A stretch of 63,391 nucleotides of DNA, the filler included, from Olpidium bornovanus S191 (taxonomy: Eukaryota; Fungi; Olpidiomycota): the NCBI GenBank assembly GCA_017911155.1. It is 30 parts of 30 records of this genome, joined end to end, with 100 filler letters (N's around TTAATTAATTAA, not from the genome) between each part and the next. Parts side by side here need not be neighbours in the genome. Positions count along the whole stretch, not along the records: positions 12,236 to 15,890 come from JAEFCI010013193.1; positions 15,991 to 17,690 come from JAEFCI010002958.1; positions 17,791 to 19,664 come from JAEFCI010003338.1; positions 19,765 to 22,763 come from JAEFCI010005077.1; positions 22,864 to 24,166 come from JAEFCI010011516.1; 25 more parts are not named here. One strand, given 5' to 3'. A program made the translations under genes and the position numbers. Positions 12,383 through 24,266 of this stretch are shown here, piece by piece. Below the pieces are notes generated by a model. The model did not search any database, was not told the origin of the DNA, and saw only the letters and a program-made list of their open reading frames with translations. Within the stretch, counting starts at the first letter, position 1; every line of letters begins with the position of its first letter.

Positions 12383-13827
12383 TTACTTCGCTCTCTTGCG
12401 GGAAGGCGACCGAGAGCGCGATCGCGAACGTCTTCTCCGCTTCCCTTTCTCCTTCGAGTCAGACTTTGATCCCCGTCGGGTTTTCCGGTCGGACAGCCGG
12501 AGAGGCGAGTCGCGCCGATGCGGCGACACGTCCTGGTGCGGTTCCCAGTCTTCCTGTCGGCAAGTAGGTCTACGGCCCGAGCGGTACGACAATTCCCTCT
12601 CGCGGTCCCGACGCTCCTCGGAGTGGTGGTAATGGTGCCTGTGCGCTTCCAGCGTGAGGCCGGGGTTGTACTGCGAGGACGCGGAGTAGGCAACTTCACG
12701 GTGCGGCCGCGGGGGTTCGGCCAGCCCGGGATTGAGAACGAGTTCCAGTTTGCGCCGCTCGGCCTGCTCGCGGAGAAGCCGCGCCTTGCGCAACTCGTCG
12801 ATCGAGTTTTCGGACGGGCACGGGGCGGATCCCCGCACCGCCTTCGGCTTGCCGGTCGCCGCGTCAGCCTCCTTCATGCTCTTAAGAGTCTTCGACATCT
12901 GTTTCAACGGGTCCGCTCGCTCCTTGCGCTGCAAACCCGTCTCGTCCAACGACGTATCCAACTTTTTCGGCATTGTGTACCAGCGCCGCCGCTCCTTCTT
13001 GCTTTGATCCAGGTACACGTTCTGCCAGCGGCTCTCTCGCTCCTTCTTGCTCTTCTCTTCGGCCTCACGCTCCGGGTTCGCGCGAACGACGAAGTTCTGC
13101 AAGCAAGAAGGGTCCACCAAGCAATAACGTCAAGCGCCGCTCAGGCACCCCACCGTTCGCATCCAAGGGAGATAGCAAGTTAAACATACGGCGCAAGCCA
13201 ACTTCCTCCCATACCCACGGAAGCTTGATCCGCCCGCAAAAGTCCGTCTCTCACGACCGCGCAATCGGCGTCCGCAAGCTCGGCATCTTCCACAACGGCT
13301 GGCGCGGGACACTCGACGGAGCCTTCAATCCTGGTCTTTGCTTTTGCTCTCAACAAAACAAGCCGGCGTTCGCTCTCCTGTTTCCGCGCGGGAAGAAAAA
13401 AGGAAAAAAAAAAAGATAAAAAAGAAAGAAAAAAAAGAAAACTTTCACTGTCAGGCCCGGAGGGGCGAACCGTGACCCGAAGACGGTCGCTGTCGGGCTA
13501 CATCCTCTTGGCGAAGCCCGGTCTCGCCAAAAAAAAAAGAAAAAAAAAGAAAATAGGGTAACTCACCGCAAACTCGGCCTTCTGCCGCTTCCGTTCCGCC
13601 TCCCGCGCAGCTTCTTCTTCATCCCTTCGCACTTTTTCCCGGTTCTTTTCGTTGTACACGTGCCAGCTGTCCAGCGCGCGGGGGGGTGGGTCAGCGGAGG
13701 GAGCCGCGATACCTCAATTCGCTTTCTCGAAAAAAAAAAGGTACAAAAGGCTTGGGGTCCGAAGTGCGCGCAAGCCGCTAGGATTTTACCTCTTGTGCTG
13801 AAGGATGTTGAGGCTGCCGAAACTCAT
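12383..13827 (-). CDS. LENG1: LENG1-like (Cir_N domain) splicing-associated protein, spliced
   Basis: Spliced N-terminus MSFGSLNILQHKS|WHVYNEKNREKVRRDEEEAAREAE matches the LENG1 motif [24 protein letters not shown]. Downstream it has KERADPLKQM, SIDELRKARLLREQAERRK, YSASSQYNP and an RS-rich tail. ATG at 13827, TAA at 12383. Confidence 0.85.
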
Positions 13828-13835
13828 TTTAGGTT

Positions 13836-13870
<35 letters not shown>

Positions 13871-14245
13871 CCTGGTTTCGCGCGAGGAGCGAGGCGCAGC
13901 GAACGGCCCGCTGCTGATTTTGCGTCGGGTGGATGGCGAGGATGGAGGGGGGGGGGGAAGGGGGGAGTGGAACTCCCGTGACATCACGTGACTTTTTGGC
14001 GTCGACTTTCTCTTATCCTCTCTCCTGGCCGGGATCTTTCTTCCCGCGTCAATCCCGGCCCTCTCGCCCCGCCCGCCCTCGTCGTCGTCGTCGTCGTCCT
14101 CCCGCCCGCGTCTGCTCTCGCCCCAAAGGGCGCCCGCGCGCGCAGCGGCAACTGACCCCCGTTGCACGCGCGCGCGCACAGCCTGAACCCTCCGGAAACA
14201 CCCAACACAGTCGCGCCCGTCCGCGGCGCCCCCGATTCCGGATGA
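13828..14245. promoter_or_regulatory. Putative bidirectional promoter between divergent LENG1-like and NHX1 genes
   Basis: About 420 bp lie between two head-to-head start codons on the same contig. Promoter function is inferred from geometry only. Confidence 0.5.
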
Positions 14246-15890
14246 ATGGAGTCGCCCGCGCGCACCGCCGCCCACGTGCCGGGCGAGCAAGAGCTGTACT
14301 CGTCGTGGGCGCTGTTCATCCTCGTGTCCCTCCTTGCCGGCGCGCTCTGGACGAGCTACTTCCTGCAGTTGCGCAGGATCACCGCGGTGCACGAGACCGT
14401 AGTCAGCATCCTGGCGGGTGAGAACTGCCGGGGTTTTTCGCGGCCGACGCCGGAAGGCGGCTTCGGCCGCGGCTCTATTGTTCTATCGCAGGCATGGTAA
14501 CTCGTCCCTGCGTTCTCCCCAGGGATGCTCGTCGGGTTCGTCATCAAAGTTTCTCCAGGATCTACCATTCAGGAAATGGTCACGTTCAACCATTCGTACT
14601 TTTTCAACCTCCTGCTGCCGCCAATCATCCTCAACTCGGGGTACGAGTTGCGAAAGGTACTACCCGGTTAGGGAGCGGCTCGGGCCGGCTGGACGCGGCG
14701 GCCCTGTAGGCATATCTTCGGTTAACCGCCTTCGACGGTTACGCCAAAGGCTTACGGTTGCGAATTCTTCTGGCCCGCAGGTCCACTTCTTCCGGAATTT
14801 CGGGTCGATTCTTCTCTTCGCGTTCATTGGCACCGTGACATCCACCGTCGTCATCGGGTGAGTCGAAGCCGCTGTGCCCCCTGGCGAAATGGAAACTTTT
14901 CCGGTCGTCCGTAACAAGCGCCGTTTCTTTATATATCCGCTCAGAATCTTGATTTGGATCGTCGCCCTTACGGGGGTCGAGGGTGTCTCGTTGTCCTTTC
15001 TCGACAGCCTTATTTTTGGATCGGTCCTATCCTCGACCGACCCGGTCACTGTCCTCGCCATCTTCTCGCAACTAAAAGTCGAGCCAAAACTATACGCGAT
15101 GATTTTTGGCGAAAGCATGTTAAACGACGCCGTGGCGATCGTGCTGTTCGGGTAAGCGAAAACGCGGATAGTGTTTGTATGTCTCTCCGTTGGGCATTTC
15201 TCGCTCATTTTTCTGACTCCCTGCCACGATTTTGCGCCGTGGCCGATTCCTTTTGGTCGAAGGACGTTCGAACGTTTCCGCGGCGAGGAACTACACCTCC
15301 ACAATGTGTTTCTTGGTGTTTGGTACTTCTTCGGCGTTTTCTTTGGGTCCTTGATCATCGGGGTCGTCACTGGGGCGCTGGTGGCGTTGATGCTCAAGCA
15401 TTCGCAACTGAGCAAGCTCCCTGCCATCGAGTCGTGTCTCGTTGCTCTTACGGCGTACTCGACGTACCTCTTCTCCAACGGTTGCCAGATGTCAGGTAAA
15501 TCATACGCCGAACGAAGTTGACAAGTTTGTCTCTGATCTGCAACAAAATCACGCGCCTAATTTTTCTTTTCTTCTTGAATTTGAGGGATTGTGTCGCTGC
15601 TCTTTTGCGGAATCTCGCTGAAGCATTACGCGTATGAGAATATGTCGCTGAGAACGCGGCGGACTACCAGATATATGTTCGCCGTGTTGGCGCAGCTGTC
15701 GGAGAATTTCATCTTTATTTATCTCGGAATCACGTTGTTTACCAAATCCGACGAAGTATTTAAGCCATTCATGATCATTGTAACATCTGTAAGTGAACCC
15801 GGTGGTCGTTAGATGCCACGGAGCTGTGAACGCACACGGATTATTGACTTGGAGGCCTGGTCCGCCGTAACAGATCTCAATTGTTATTGC
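14246..15890 (+). CDS. NHX1: Endosomal Na+(K+)/H+ exchanger Nhx1, multi-exon, 3' partial
   Basis: [13 protein letters not shown]...[57 protein letters not shown]...[38 protein letters not shown] and [13 protein letters not shown]. Confidence 0.97.
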
Positions 15891-16275
15891 NNNNNNNNNN
15901 NNNNNNNNNNNNNNNNNNNNNNNNNNNNNNNNNNTTAATTAATTAANNNNNNNNNNNNNNNNNNNNNNNNNNNNNNNNNNNNNNNNNNNNACATGCCACG
16001 GTTTTGCTTATTCTGCATCTCTGGTACTGTAGGCTGAACATTAGATTTGTTCTGTTCCTCTCTCGTGCTAATCTCGGTGCCGGGAAGGGTGGCAAGTTAC
16101 CTTTGGTTTTGCGGAGGCGCGGGTGAGGCTGCCGCTGCTGCCGGGGGGCGGGTTTCAAACTCCGGTGACCGTTTGCAGGGAGGATCGTGTGGGAGATCGC
16201 GGTGGACTTCTCTCAGAAACTTTCGTCGTTGACGGCTCACAACGAGAAAATCATTTACTCTGAGGTTATCCGCGT

Positions 16276-17690
16276 GTGGTGCGTAGGGACCAGGGCGCGC
16301 GCGCCGTCTTTCGTCCGCGCGCCAAAACCCTGACCCTTCCCAACCACGTCGCACCCAGGAATATTACTCTCGACCATGATACCGCGCTCGACTGCATATC
16401 GCGCGTCGTCGAGAACCACAAACGCAGCCTGCGCGCCAACATGTACCGGGAGCTGCGCCTGGAAGTGCCTGCGGCGGGGACGGCCGGCTCGATCGTGGAC
16501 GAGGTCGGGCAGACCTTGCGACTGCCGCGGGTCTACAGCCACGACTCGGATCGAGCACGCGACCCGGACAAGGGCGGCATGACGTTCGTCAGCATTCGGG
16601 AGATGCTTCCGGACGGTGCGGCAGCCGGAGGCGATGACGGCAGGAACGAAGCCGAAGACGCGGAGCTCGAGGCCGCGGAAGTCAAGCGCGAGCGTGAGCA
16701 GCGTGCCGTCCACCGGTACATGGTGTCCGACGACGCGTACACGCTTGAGAAGTTTTACGGGCTCAGCTCCGTCATGGTCCAGAAACTCCACGACCACTGC
16801 GTGAAGTCCTCCTCCGCCGCTGTCGCCAGCGAGGAGAACCCCGGAAGGCCGATCCGGCAGTCCCGAGAGGAAGAGGACCAAGAATTCGACTACCCGTTTC
16901 GGCCGTCCGAGATCGAGCACAAGGTCATCTCCCTCAAGTCGAATCCGCCCTCCTCCATATTGCTGCTCGGCAGGAGCGGGTGAGTTTTGCAATAATTGTA
17001 AATTTTACCGGAACCCGTTGGTGTCTGCTCAGTACGTACGTGACCCCACTCCTCTTTAAGGACGGGTAAGACAACCTGTGCTCTGTTTCGGATGTGGCAT
17101 CTATATTACAATTGTACGTTAATGTTCGGCTTTGGCGCCGTAATTTCCACAAAATTTCTTATGTTGTTTTCATAACACTGACTGAACCATCTTGCAGACT
17201 GGTCGACAGTCAAACCCGACGCTCCTCTTTACCAAGGGCTTTATCCTGAACTGAAGCCGCACAGCACGCATCTCCATCAAACGTTTATAACCGCAAATCC
17301 TGGTATGTTTTCGAGGTTTGCCGAAACCCGGCGGGACATCATTCTTGGGAATTTTCCCCGCTGCTCACTGTTTTAGCGACAAAAAAACAGTTCTGCGGTC
17401 CGAGGTCCGGCGGACGTTCCGGAGCTTCCTGTATAGCAGCAACTTGCGCCGGACGAAGCACGAGTCGGCGAACCTGAGCAGCCTACACGACGTCCCAGAG
17501 GAATGCTTCCCGCTGTTCCTCACCTCCCGGGAGTGGCTAATGTGCCTTGACGCGACCATCCGCCGGCCGTTTTTTCCCCGGGACGCGTCCGGACGACCCC
17601 GGGTGAAGATCGTCGCGCGGAGCTGGGCGTCGGAGGACGTCGGCGCGTCGGACCGCCTGGATGCCATCCCGGAAGTGGACACGGAGCATG
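16276..17690 (+). CDS. TRANK1: TRANK1-like UvrD/SF1 P-loop helicase, internal fragment, spliced
   Basis: YTLEKFY, then FDYPFRPSEIEHKVI, then the Walker A motif SILLLGRSG|TGKTTCALFRMW split by an intron at 16980-17060, then LHQTFITANP and LHDVPEECFPLFLTSREWLMCLDATIRRPFFPR. The motif order matches remembered TRANK1 motifs. The start coordinate is approximate. Confidence 0.8.
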
Positions 17691-17796
17691 NNNNNNNNNN
17701 NNNNNNNNNNNNNNNNNNNNNNNNNNNNNNNNNNTTAATTAATTAANNNNNNNNNNNNNNNNNNNNNNNNNNNNNNNNNNNNNNNNNNNNCATGCG

Positions 17797-18399
17797 TCAT
17801 TCCCTTACTTTGATTAGTTGCCGCGAGGCATCCGTGATGACAAACATCCTTGGTCCGCGTGCAATTCTAATGACAGTCATCCTCCCGCAATTTGGATTGA
17901 AACACTGGTATGCAACGTCATCAGCGCGAAGCACGGCTTTCGCGGACGGAAGGCCCTGGGAGCGCCCGCTTTCGTTCACATCCTCGCAGTTTGCGCAGTA
18001 AACGGGCTCGTTTGCTTTGACGTCCCGGGGATCGCGCTGGATAAGACGCTTGTCGTACATCGTGGTGTCGGGCTCCTCCACAAAACGCGGAATACATCTA
18101 CGACTCGACTGGATGATCCTCTCCAGATGTCGTTCGACGTGTTCGCGTTTTTCCCTCCGTCGTTTTGCCGCTTCTTTGGAGAAACGCAAAATCCATGGCT
18201 TTCCGATAATGCGCTATTGCATCCATGCCACATGTCCATACACGCTTCCCGGCAAACGGGACCGCTGGTTGCTGTAAGATACACTGATGTCGACTCTGTT
18301 GCGCAGGATATAGACCACTTTCTCATTATAATATACGGCGGCAGATCCCATCAGGCGAGCGCAAAATTCAACCACGAACGAGAAGAAGCTCGCCTGCAA
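17797..18399 (-). CDS. Cys-motif (CxxC...CxxxxC) protein, weakly Rpp21/Rpr2 zinc-ribbon-like, with an in-frame TAG at 18214-18216
   Basis: ORFs 18214-18399 and 17797-18189 are in the same frame. KRLIQRDPRDVKANEPVYCANC...YQCFNPNCGR loosely resembles Rpp21 KRLVLRRDPSVKRTLCRGC...TCLTC. Confidence 0.3.
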
Positions 18400-19833
18400 A
18401 TATTAAAACATCATCCTTAACCGCGTTTTTAGGCGCGTTGAACCATGGTCGTATTTTAGATCATAGCTAATGGTTGTCAAACAAGACGTTCCCTGCAAGA
18501 ATGCCTGGCCTTCAAATTTGAAAGCTACGGACGCGCGGCAAATATAAGTGTGCTTTTGCGCACTCCCCCTCCTCCGCCGCCGCCCCGCCCCGCTCACCGC
18601 CCGTGGTAGGCGACGGGAGGTTCTCGTTCAAGCTTGCGTTTTCCCGGGCTTCGAGACGCGGCGTTTCGGACGGTGACGTTGCAGGGAATGGGATATTTTA
18701 GGTTTCGCCGCGTTCTGGGACCTTCTCCGGCTCCAGCGAAGGAGAAAGATGACAAAAAACAAGCCGATGGTTGACTGCATAACGCGCCGGCTGTTCGCGT
18801 TAATTGGCCAGAACACAATCCTCGGGCTGGTATGTGCCTGAATGGAGCCTGTTTCAGAATGAGCTTCACTTTCGGTAAATTGTCGTCACAGGAATGAAGC
18901 TCGGCCGGGGCTCGTCCCGACCATAGATGTCCCGTAAGCCTTTATCCTTTTTTTCGTACGTGACTCCTTCAGTAAATTAAATACATTGCATTTCGGCAAA
19001 AGCTCCAAAAACCCCGCCGACCCCCGCCCCAATACGGCGCGCCCGCTGCGGCCACCGACCGTCCCGTGAGTTTCCAAACGTTTTCGTCCCTTTTTTATGC
19101 GTGCTACCTGCGGTGAATTACAGACAATTGCCCCGTTCAAAGCCCACCGATGGCCGCGACCCGGCCCGACGCGCAGAACCAGCGGCTTCGGACGCCCGGG
19201 CTGCGCCCGCGCCTTCACCGTAGGAGGAACGCGGCGCGCCTGACGCGCCGGAGGTGCAGGGGCTCGTTCTCCCGCGACACTTGATCCTCTCTTTTTTTGT
19301 GCGTGCCCTGTTGGTAAGTTGTCTACAGGCCATTGTAATCTAGTTAATAGCCCTCGGAAGCGGTTGATGTTTGGTTCCTACAAAAGGAAGGAAAACGACA
19401 AACAGCCGGAGGTGCTAAACACGGAAGACCGCCGCAGAACGGCCTTTTCGAAGTCGTCTCTTTGCAGGATACGCCGCGAAGCGGAAGCCGCGCAGAAAGG
19501 CGTCAGTACGCCCGGGGACGTATTCACCGTGAATAATTCTCGTAAACCACCCGCGAAAAATAGATTTTAGTATGAATTCTACGAAAACCTGCATCTGAAC
19601 GGCTCCCAATATGAACGGCCATCGACGATCAAACGCCGCGCAGACGCGAAGGAAAAGGTGATGCNNNNNNNNNNNNNNNNNNNNNNNNNNNNNNNNNNNN
19701 NNNNNNNNTTAATTAATTAANNNNNNNNNNNNNNNNNNNNNNNNNNNNNNNNNNNNNNNNNNNNCATGTCAACCATCCCATTATCGTACACTGCCCTAAT
19801 GCGAAAAAAAACACGTCAAAAACAACGAGTTCA

Positions 19834-21666
19834 TCATTTTTGTACGGCTTCCGCGGCCTGCGAATTATCGTAATGGTACAGAGGCAGCAGGGGCGGCAAC
19901 CGCGCCGGCTGCCGACACAATGGGCACTCCGGCTGGAAGTGAAGAGGGAAACAGGCAAGTCGACACGCAAAATGGGAGGGGAAGGAAGAGAAAAATAAGC
20001 ATTCTGTTCCTCGCGGGCAGGGAAAACGCGGACGGTAATAATGCGAATCAAAGAACGGCGGCAAGAGGCGTGCGCGCGTGTGTAAACCTTGTTCCTGCAC
20101 CACTCGCAGATGCATCTCCAGCAGAACAAGTGCCCGCAGGGCGTCGACGTCGTCATCGTCCGCGGTTCGAGGCAGAGGGCGCACTTGAGCTCGTTCAGCC
20201 GCTCGGGAGTGTAATCCGGGAGAACGTGGCGGCCGGAATATGCTTGCGCACTGGAAATTGAAAACGAAAAGAAAAAATAAACAAAATAAAAAGAGGAAGG
20301 TGGGCGAGTGGGCGTGAGGATGAGGGGCGGCGGGCGGGGCGGGAAGTAAGGCGGCAGGATTAAATTTTATTTTTCCGTGCAACGCGTCACCACGGTCGGA
20401 TCATTTCGAACCCCCTTCCGCCGCCGCATTCTTACGGGTTTCCGGGCATAATTTTTCTTTTTTTTCATTCCTTCCTTTTGTCGCTTTGCTTTTTTTTATG
20501 TAAACATACAGAGCAAGAACCGCACGCACCTCGTTTTTTCCGCCGCCGTCCTCATTTCAGCCTCCGCGTCCCTTTTCCCGGCCTGCGGTGCCTTTGTCCG
20601 CTCGCGAAGGAACATGACCAGGCGGATCGCCAGCTGAAGAAACACCAGCGCGCCAAGGACCTCGTAGCCTTGGCGCTGCTCGCCCGGTTGGAGCTGACGC
20701 ATGAGTATCTATTTTATTGTATTTATTTTTTGTATATACAAGATTGGAGGTCCCAAGTTTCGCTTTCACGGTCAAAACGACCGTCAAACCTGATTCCCGA
20801 CAGCTTTGATTTTTTTTTTTTTGCGCTTCCCGCCTTCACTTGAAAAGAGAAAAAAACGCCCCCCCAAAATTCCTTACGTATCTGATCCTCGTCGCGCGTT
20901 CGGAGAAGTAGTAATACGTCCCGTAGAAGTAGAACACCGCCAGGTGCATTGACCGGCCGTGCCGGTCGAAAAACGACCACAGCGCGGACGTAGCCGCCCG
21001 CAGCAGCGCGCGGCGGCGCGCCAGGGATGACCGGCCGTTCACTTCCGTCGGACCGGCTTCCCCCCCAGGCTCTGTGGGCCTCGTGTAGATCAGGAGGACA
21101 GTGGGGCAGCCGGCGGGACCGGGCTTCATAAGGGCGCAATTTCACCCGCGACATATCTTTTCCCCGTTTCCCGACCCTCGCGGGGCGAAAAAAAAAATAT
21201 CGTCCGGGATGGGTGTGGAGGGGAAGGTGCAGGTTGGGGCGAGGGGAGGTGCGGATTCACCTGGAACGCGGGAATTCCCGCGCAGCGGCAGCCGCGCTTG
21301 GAGGCGCGCGAGGACGTGCGGGAACGCGAAGCGCGCGGCGACGAGGGCCGCGCGTTTCTGCGGGGGACGGACCGTAAAACGGCGACGGCGGCGGTTCCGA
21401 AAACAGACAAAAGACCGCGCGCAGTTTCCAGCTCTCAGCGTCCGGAAACTTCTCTTTTCTTGTTCTTCGCCGGGGGAAAAAAAAATCATCATAACGAAAC
21501 TCACCGCAAACCTCGGGTGTCGTTTCGTCTTGGCGTCGACCTGCAACAGGTCGCAATATTCTTCGCCGAGAGTCTGCTCCCCTGGGTTTTGGTTGTGACG
21601 GACGATCTCCGGTTTGCGTTCCGAGAAAAGCCCTCTCGGGGGTCGGCCGGCCGCCGAGACCAGACT

Positions 21667-21705
<39 letters not shown>

Positions 21706-21716
21706 CCCCCCCCCCG

Positions 21717-21747
<31 letters not shown>

Positions 21748-22406
21748 ACCTTAGCCCGCGCAGCAACGCAAACCTAGCAACGTGGTCAAGCAGAAATAGC
21801 AGAGATCCGCGGCGAGGCAGAGGTTTTTCTGGTTCTGGACCTGACGACGGGGACCTGCAACGTAAGCCGGTGGCGTCGTCGCCGTCCGAGGGAGGCGGCG
21901 GGAAGAAAAAAACACGTTCAGCGCGGATCCGGAGGTCCGTCGCCTCCTCCACCCCTTCTTCCCGCCGACGCCCGCCAGCGACCACCAAAAGGAGGCCTAC
22001 ACGCCCCCTCTTTCGCAAGATAAAACCCGCGAACACACACATCTCCCCCACCATACCCCTTCCCCCTTTCCCACCAAAGCAACCGCGGTACAAGTCCGAA
22101 ACCTTCTCCCGCAGGACGTTCTGGTAATATGTGTCCTTCTGGTTTTTCCATACTGTGGGAGGGTGGGGAAGGAGGGCGCGAACGCGTTTACTTTACACGG
22201 TACGGAACCGCTGGCGCGCTCCCCGACCGCCCGCCGCCCACGCGTGCGTGCTCTCAGCCGGTGGAACTCCGGACTGAAAAAAAAAAAAAAAAAAAAAAGA
22301 AAGGCGAAAGCCTCTCTCTCTCACTGATGTCAGGCTGAGCGGCAGGCGGGAACGCGGGCGCAGTTTGGCGGCCGGCGGGCGAGGAAGCGGGGTCGCGGGC
22401 GCGCAT
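19834..22406 (-). CDS. PEX10: Peroxisomal RING peroxin Pex10, multi-exon, apparently complete
   Basis: FPPAAQPDI|[65 protein letters not shown], and the RING end [16 protein letters not shown]|PECPLCRQ. The start ATG at 22406 is inferred. Confidence 0.95.
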
Positions 22407-22574
22407 GGACTACTTCTCGGTTGGGGGGCGGGGAAGGAAGCAGGGATGTCGCGCCGGCTTCTGCGGTTGGTGGAGGTGGTGTTGTGTGGCGGCGGCGGCG
22501 GCGGCGGCGGTTTCGTTTGCAAAGTGGCGGGCGCCAAACACGCACCAACTCCCGTTTTTTCCCCAAAAAAAAAA

Positions 22575-22619
<45 letters not shown>

Positions 22620-23234
22620 GACAACAAGAAAAACGAAGACAAGCATGAAAAAAGGCCAATCGAGCCAACCAGAAAGGCGCGGAATCGCCGCCAGGTAAGA
22701 ATAAGAAAATTAAAAAATAAACGTAAAAAAGTAACAGCCCCCAGGGAGAATTATTGCCGGAGANNNNNNNNNNNNNNNNNNNNNNNNNNNNNNNNNNNNN
22801 NNNNNNNTTAATTAATTAANNNNNNNNNNNNNNNNNNNNNNNNNNNNNNNNNNNNNNNNNNNNACCTGTAGCACTGCCTCAGACCTGACGAGGGGAGGAA
22901 TAGACGCTTAACCTTGCCGCAGTACACGTGTGCCGAAGAGGATGGGTTGATTGTTCACCGTTACACCGACGTTCGTCCTTCATGCCTTGATTGTTACTAA
23001 CTTCTGCAATTCTTCCGCGCGCCCATTCAAAAAAAAAAAAACGCCTTCCCCGCTGGAACGCCCCCTCCACACTCCAATACCTCTATTCCCGAACAATGAA
23101 ATAACCTCCCTCTACCAAACTTCTACCAATCGTCAAGTGCGGAGAATGTTCCGACGTGGGCCACCTACCCGGGTCAAGCCTGAATCGGAACGCTCCCGAG
23201 TTCCCTGACGCGGCCTGGTGTCGGGGAAACCCCG

Positions 23235-23366
23235 CTTGCTCCTAGTACCTTCGGGGAACGGCATATTGTTACTCCTAGTACCTTCCGGGAACGGCATTTC
23301 GTTGCTCCTAGTACCTTCGGGGAACGGCATATCGTTGCTCCTAGTACCTTCGGGGAACGGCAGAAT
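23235..23366. repeat. 33-bp minisatellite, 4 copies
   Basis: Consensus GTTGCTCCTAGTACCTTCGGGGAACGGCATATC, with copies starting at 23235, 23268, 23301 and 23334 and no spacers. Shorter degenerate copies lie at about 23444-23490. The minus frame reads (MPFPEGTRSN[DEN])n. Confidence 0.95.
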
Positions 23367-24266
23367 TCCGACTGCGCGGAATTTCGAGGAACAGGGCAAG
23401 TTCACTCGCGGCCGCGTTTGATTTCCGAATATTTTACCTTAGTCTAGTACCTTCCGGGCATGACCTAGTTCCTTTGGGGAATGACCTAGGAAAGCCCGAG
23501 CGGGGTATCACGGCGGGCTCCCACCTCCGCACTGGGCTGCTCGGGGCACACTTCGTGTCCCGGCTGTTCCGGTCATCGGCTTTGTACGATGAGTCGGAAG
23601 GGGAGGGTGTCCGCCGGATCTCGGGAAATCCGCAGCCGGCTTCGGCTCCGTGCGATGCACATTGCACCGCCCGGCATCGCACGTAACTGGGCATGACACC
23701 CAGGGGCATTCTCCGGTCCGGGACGAACCGAGGGTCTGCCTGGGCAGGGTTTTTTTTTCGTTTGTACCTCCCCGCGACTAAGGTAGCTACGCACCGTTTG
23801 CTTGGACGGTGCGGAGTACCGATTTGACTCGGGGCCCCTGCTGCCAGGGCGGAGGAATCCCGGGAAGATCGGCGCGATAATGGCTTGGGGGGTGAGGTTT
23901 TCCCTTACCCCTCTCGCCAAATCCGTGCATCTCCGTGTGGACGGGTCCGAAGGAACTCAAGCACCCGAGGCCCGGCGGGAGCGACACCCGCGGTTGCTCT
24001 GTTTATTACTAACGGGGGGGGGGGGGGGGGGGGGCCTTTTTTTTTCTTTTTTTTTTTTTTTTTTTTTTTTTTCCTTTTCTGACCTTGTCGCCTTGATTAC
24101 CCACCGGCCGCACAAGAAAGGTCCCAGATTTTTTCGTTCATTTAATTATTTATTTTCTTTTTCAGGNNNNNNNNNNNNNNNNNNNNNNNNNNNNNNNNNN
24201 NNNNNNNNNNTTAATTAATTAANNNNNNNNNNNNNNNNNNNNNNNNNNNNNNNNNNNNNNNNNNNN

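Noticed and set aside
17687-17820. Joining neighbouring contigs that end and start with CATG (also 33580/33681, 50852/50953, 57639/57740)
   Set aside because: Overlapping the CATG at 17690/17791 gives a stop within nine codons of the TRANK1 frame, and I saw no continuity at the other junctions.
23235-23366. CRISPR-like array of approximately 33-bp repeats
   Set aside because: The units are directly adjacent with no unique spacers, there are no cas genes, and the context is eukaryotic.
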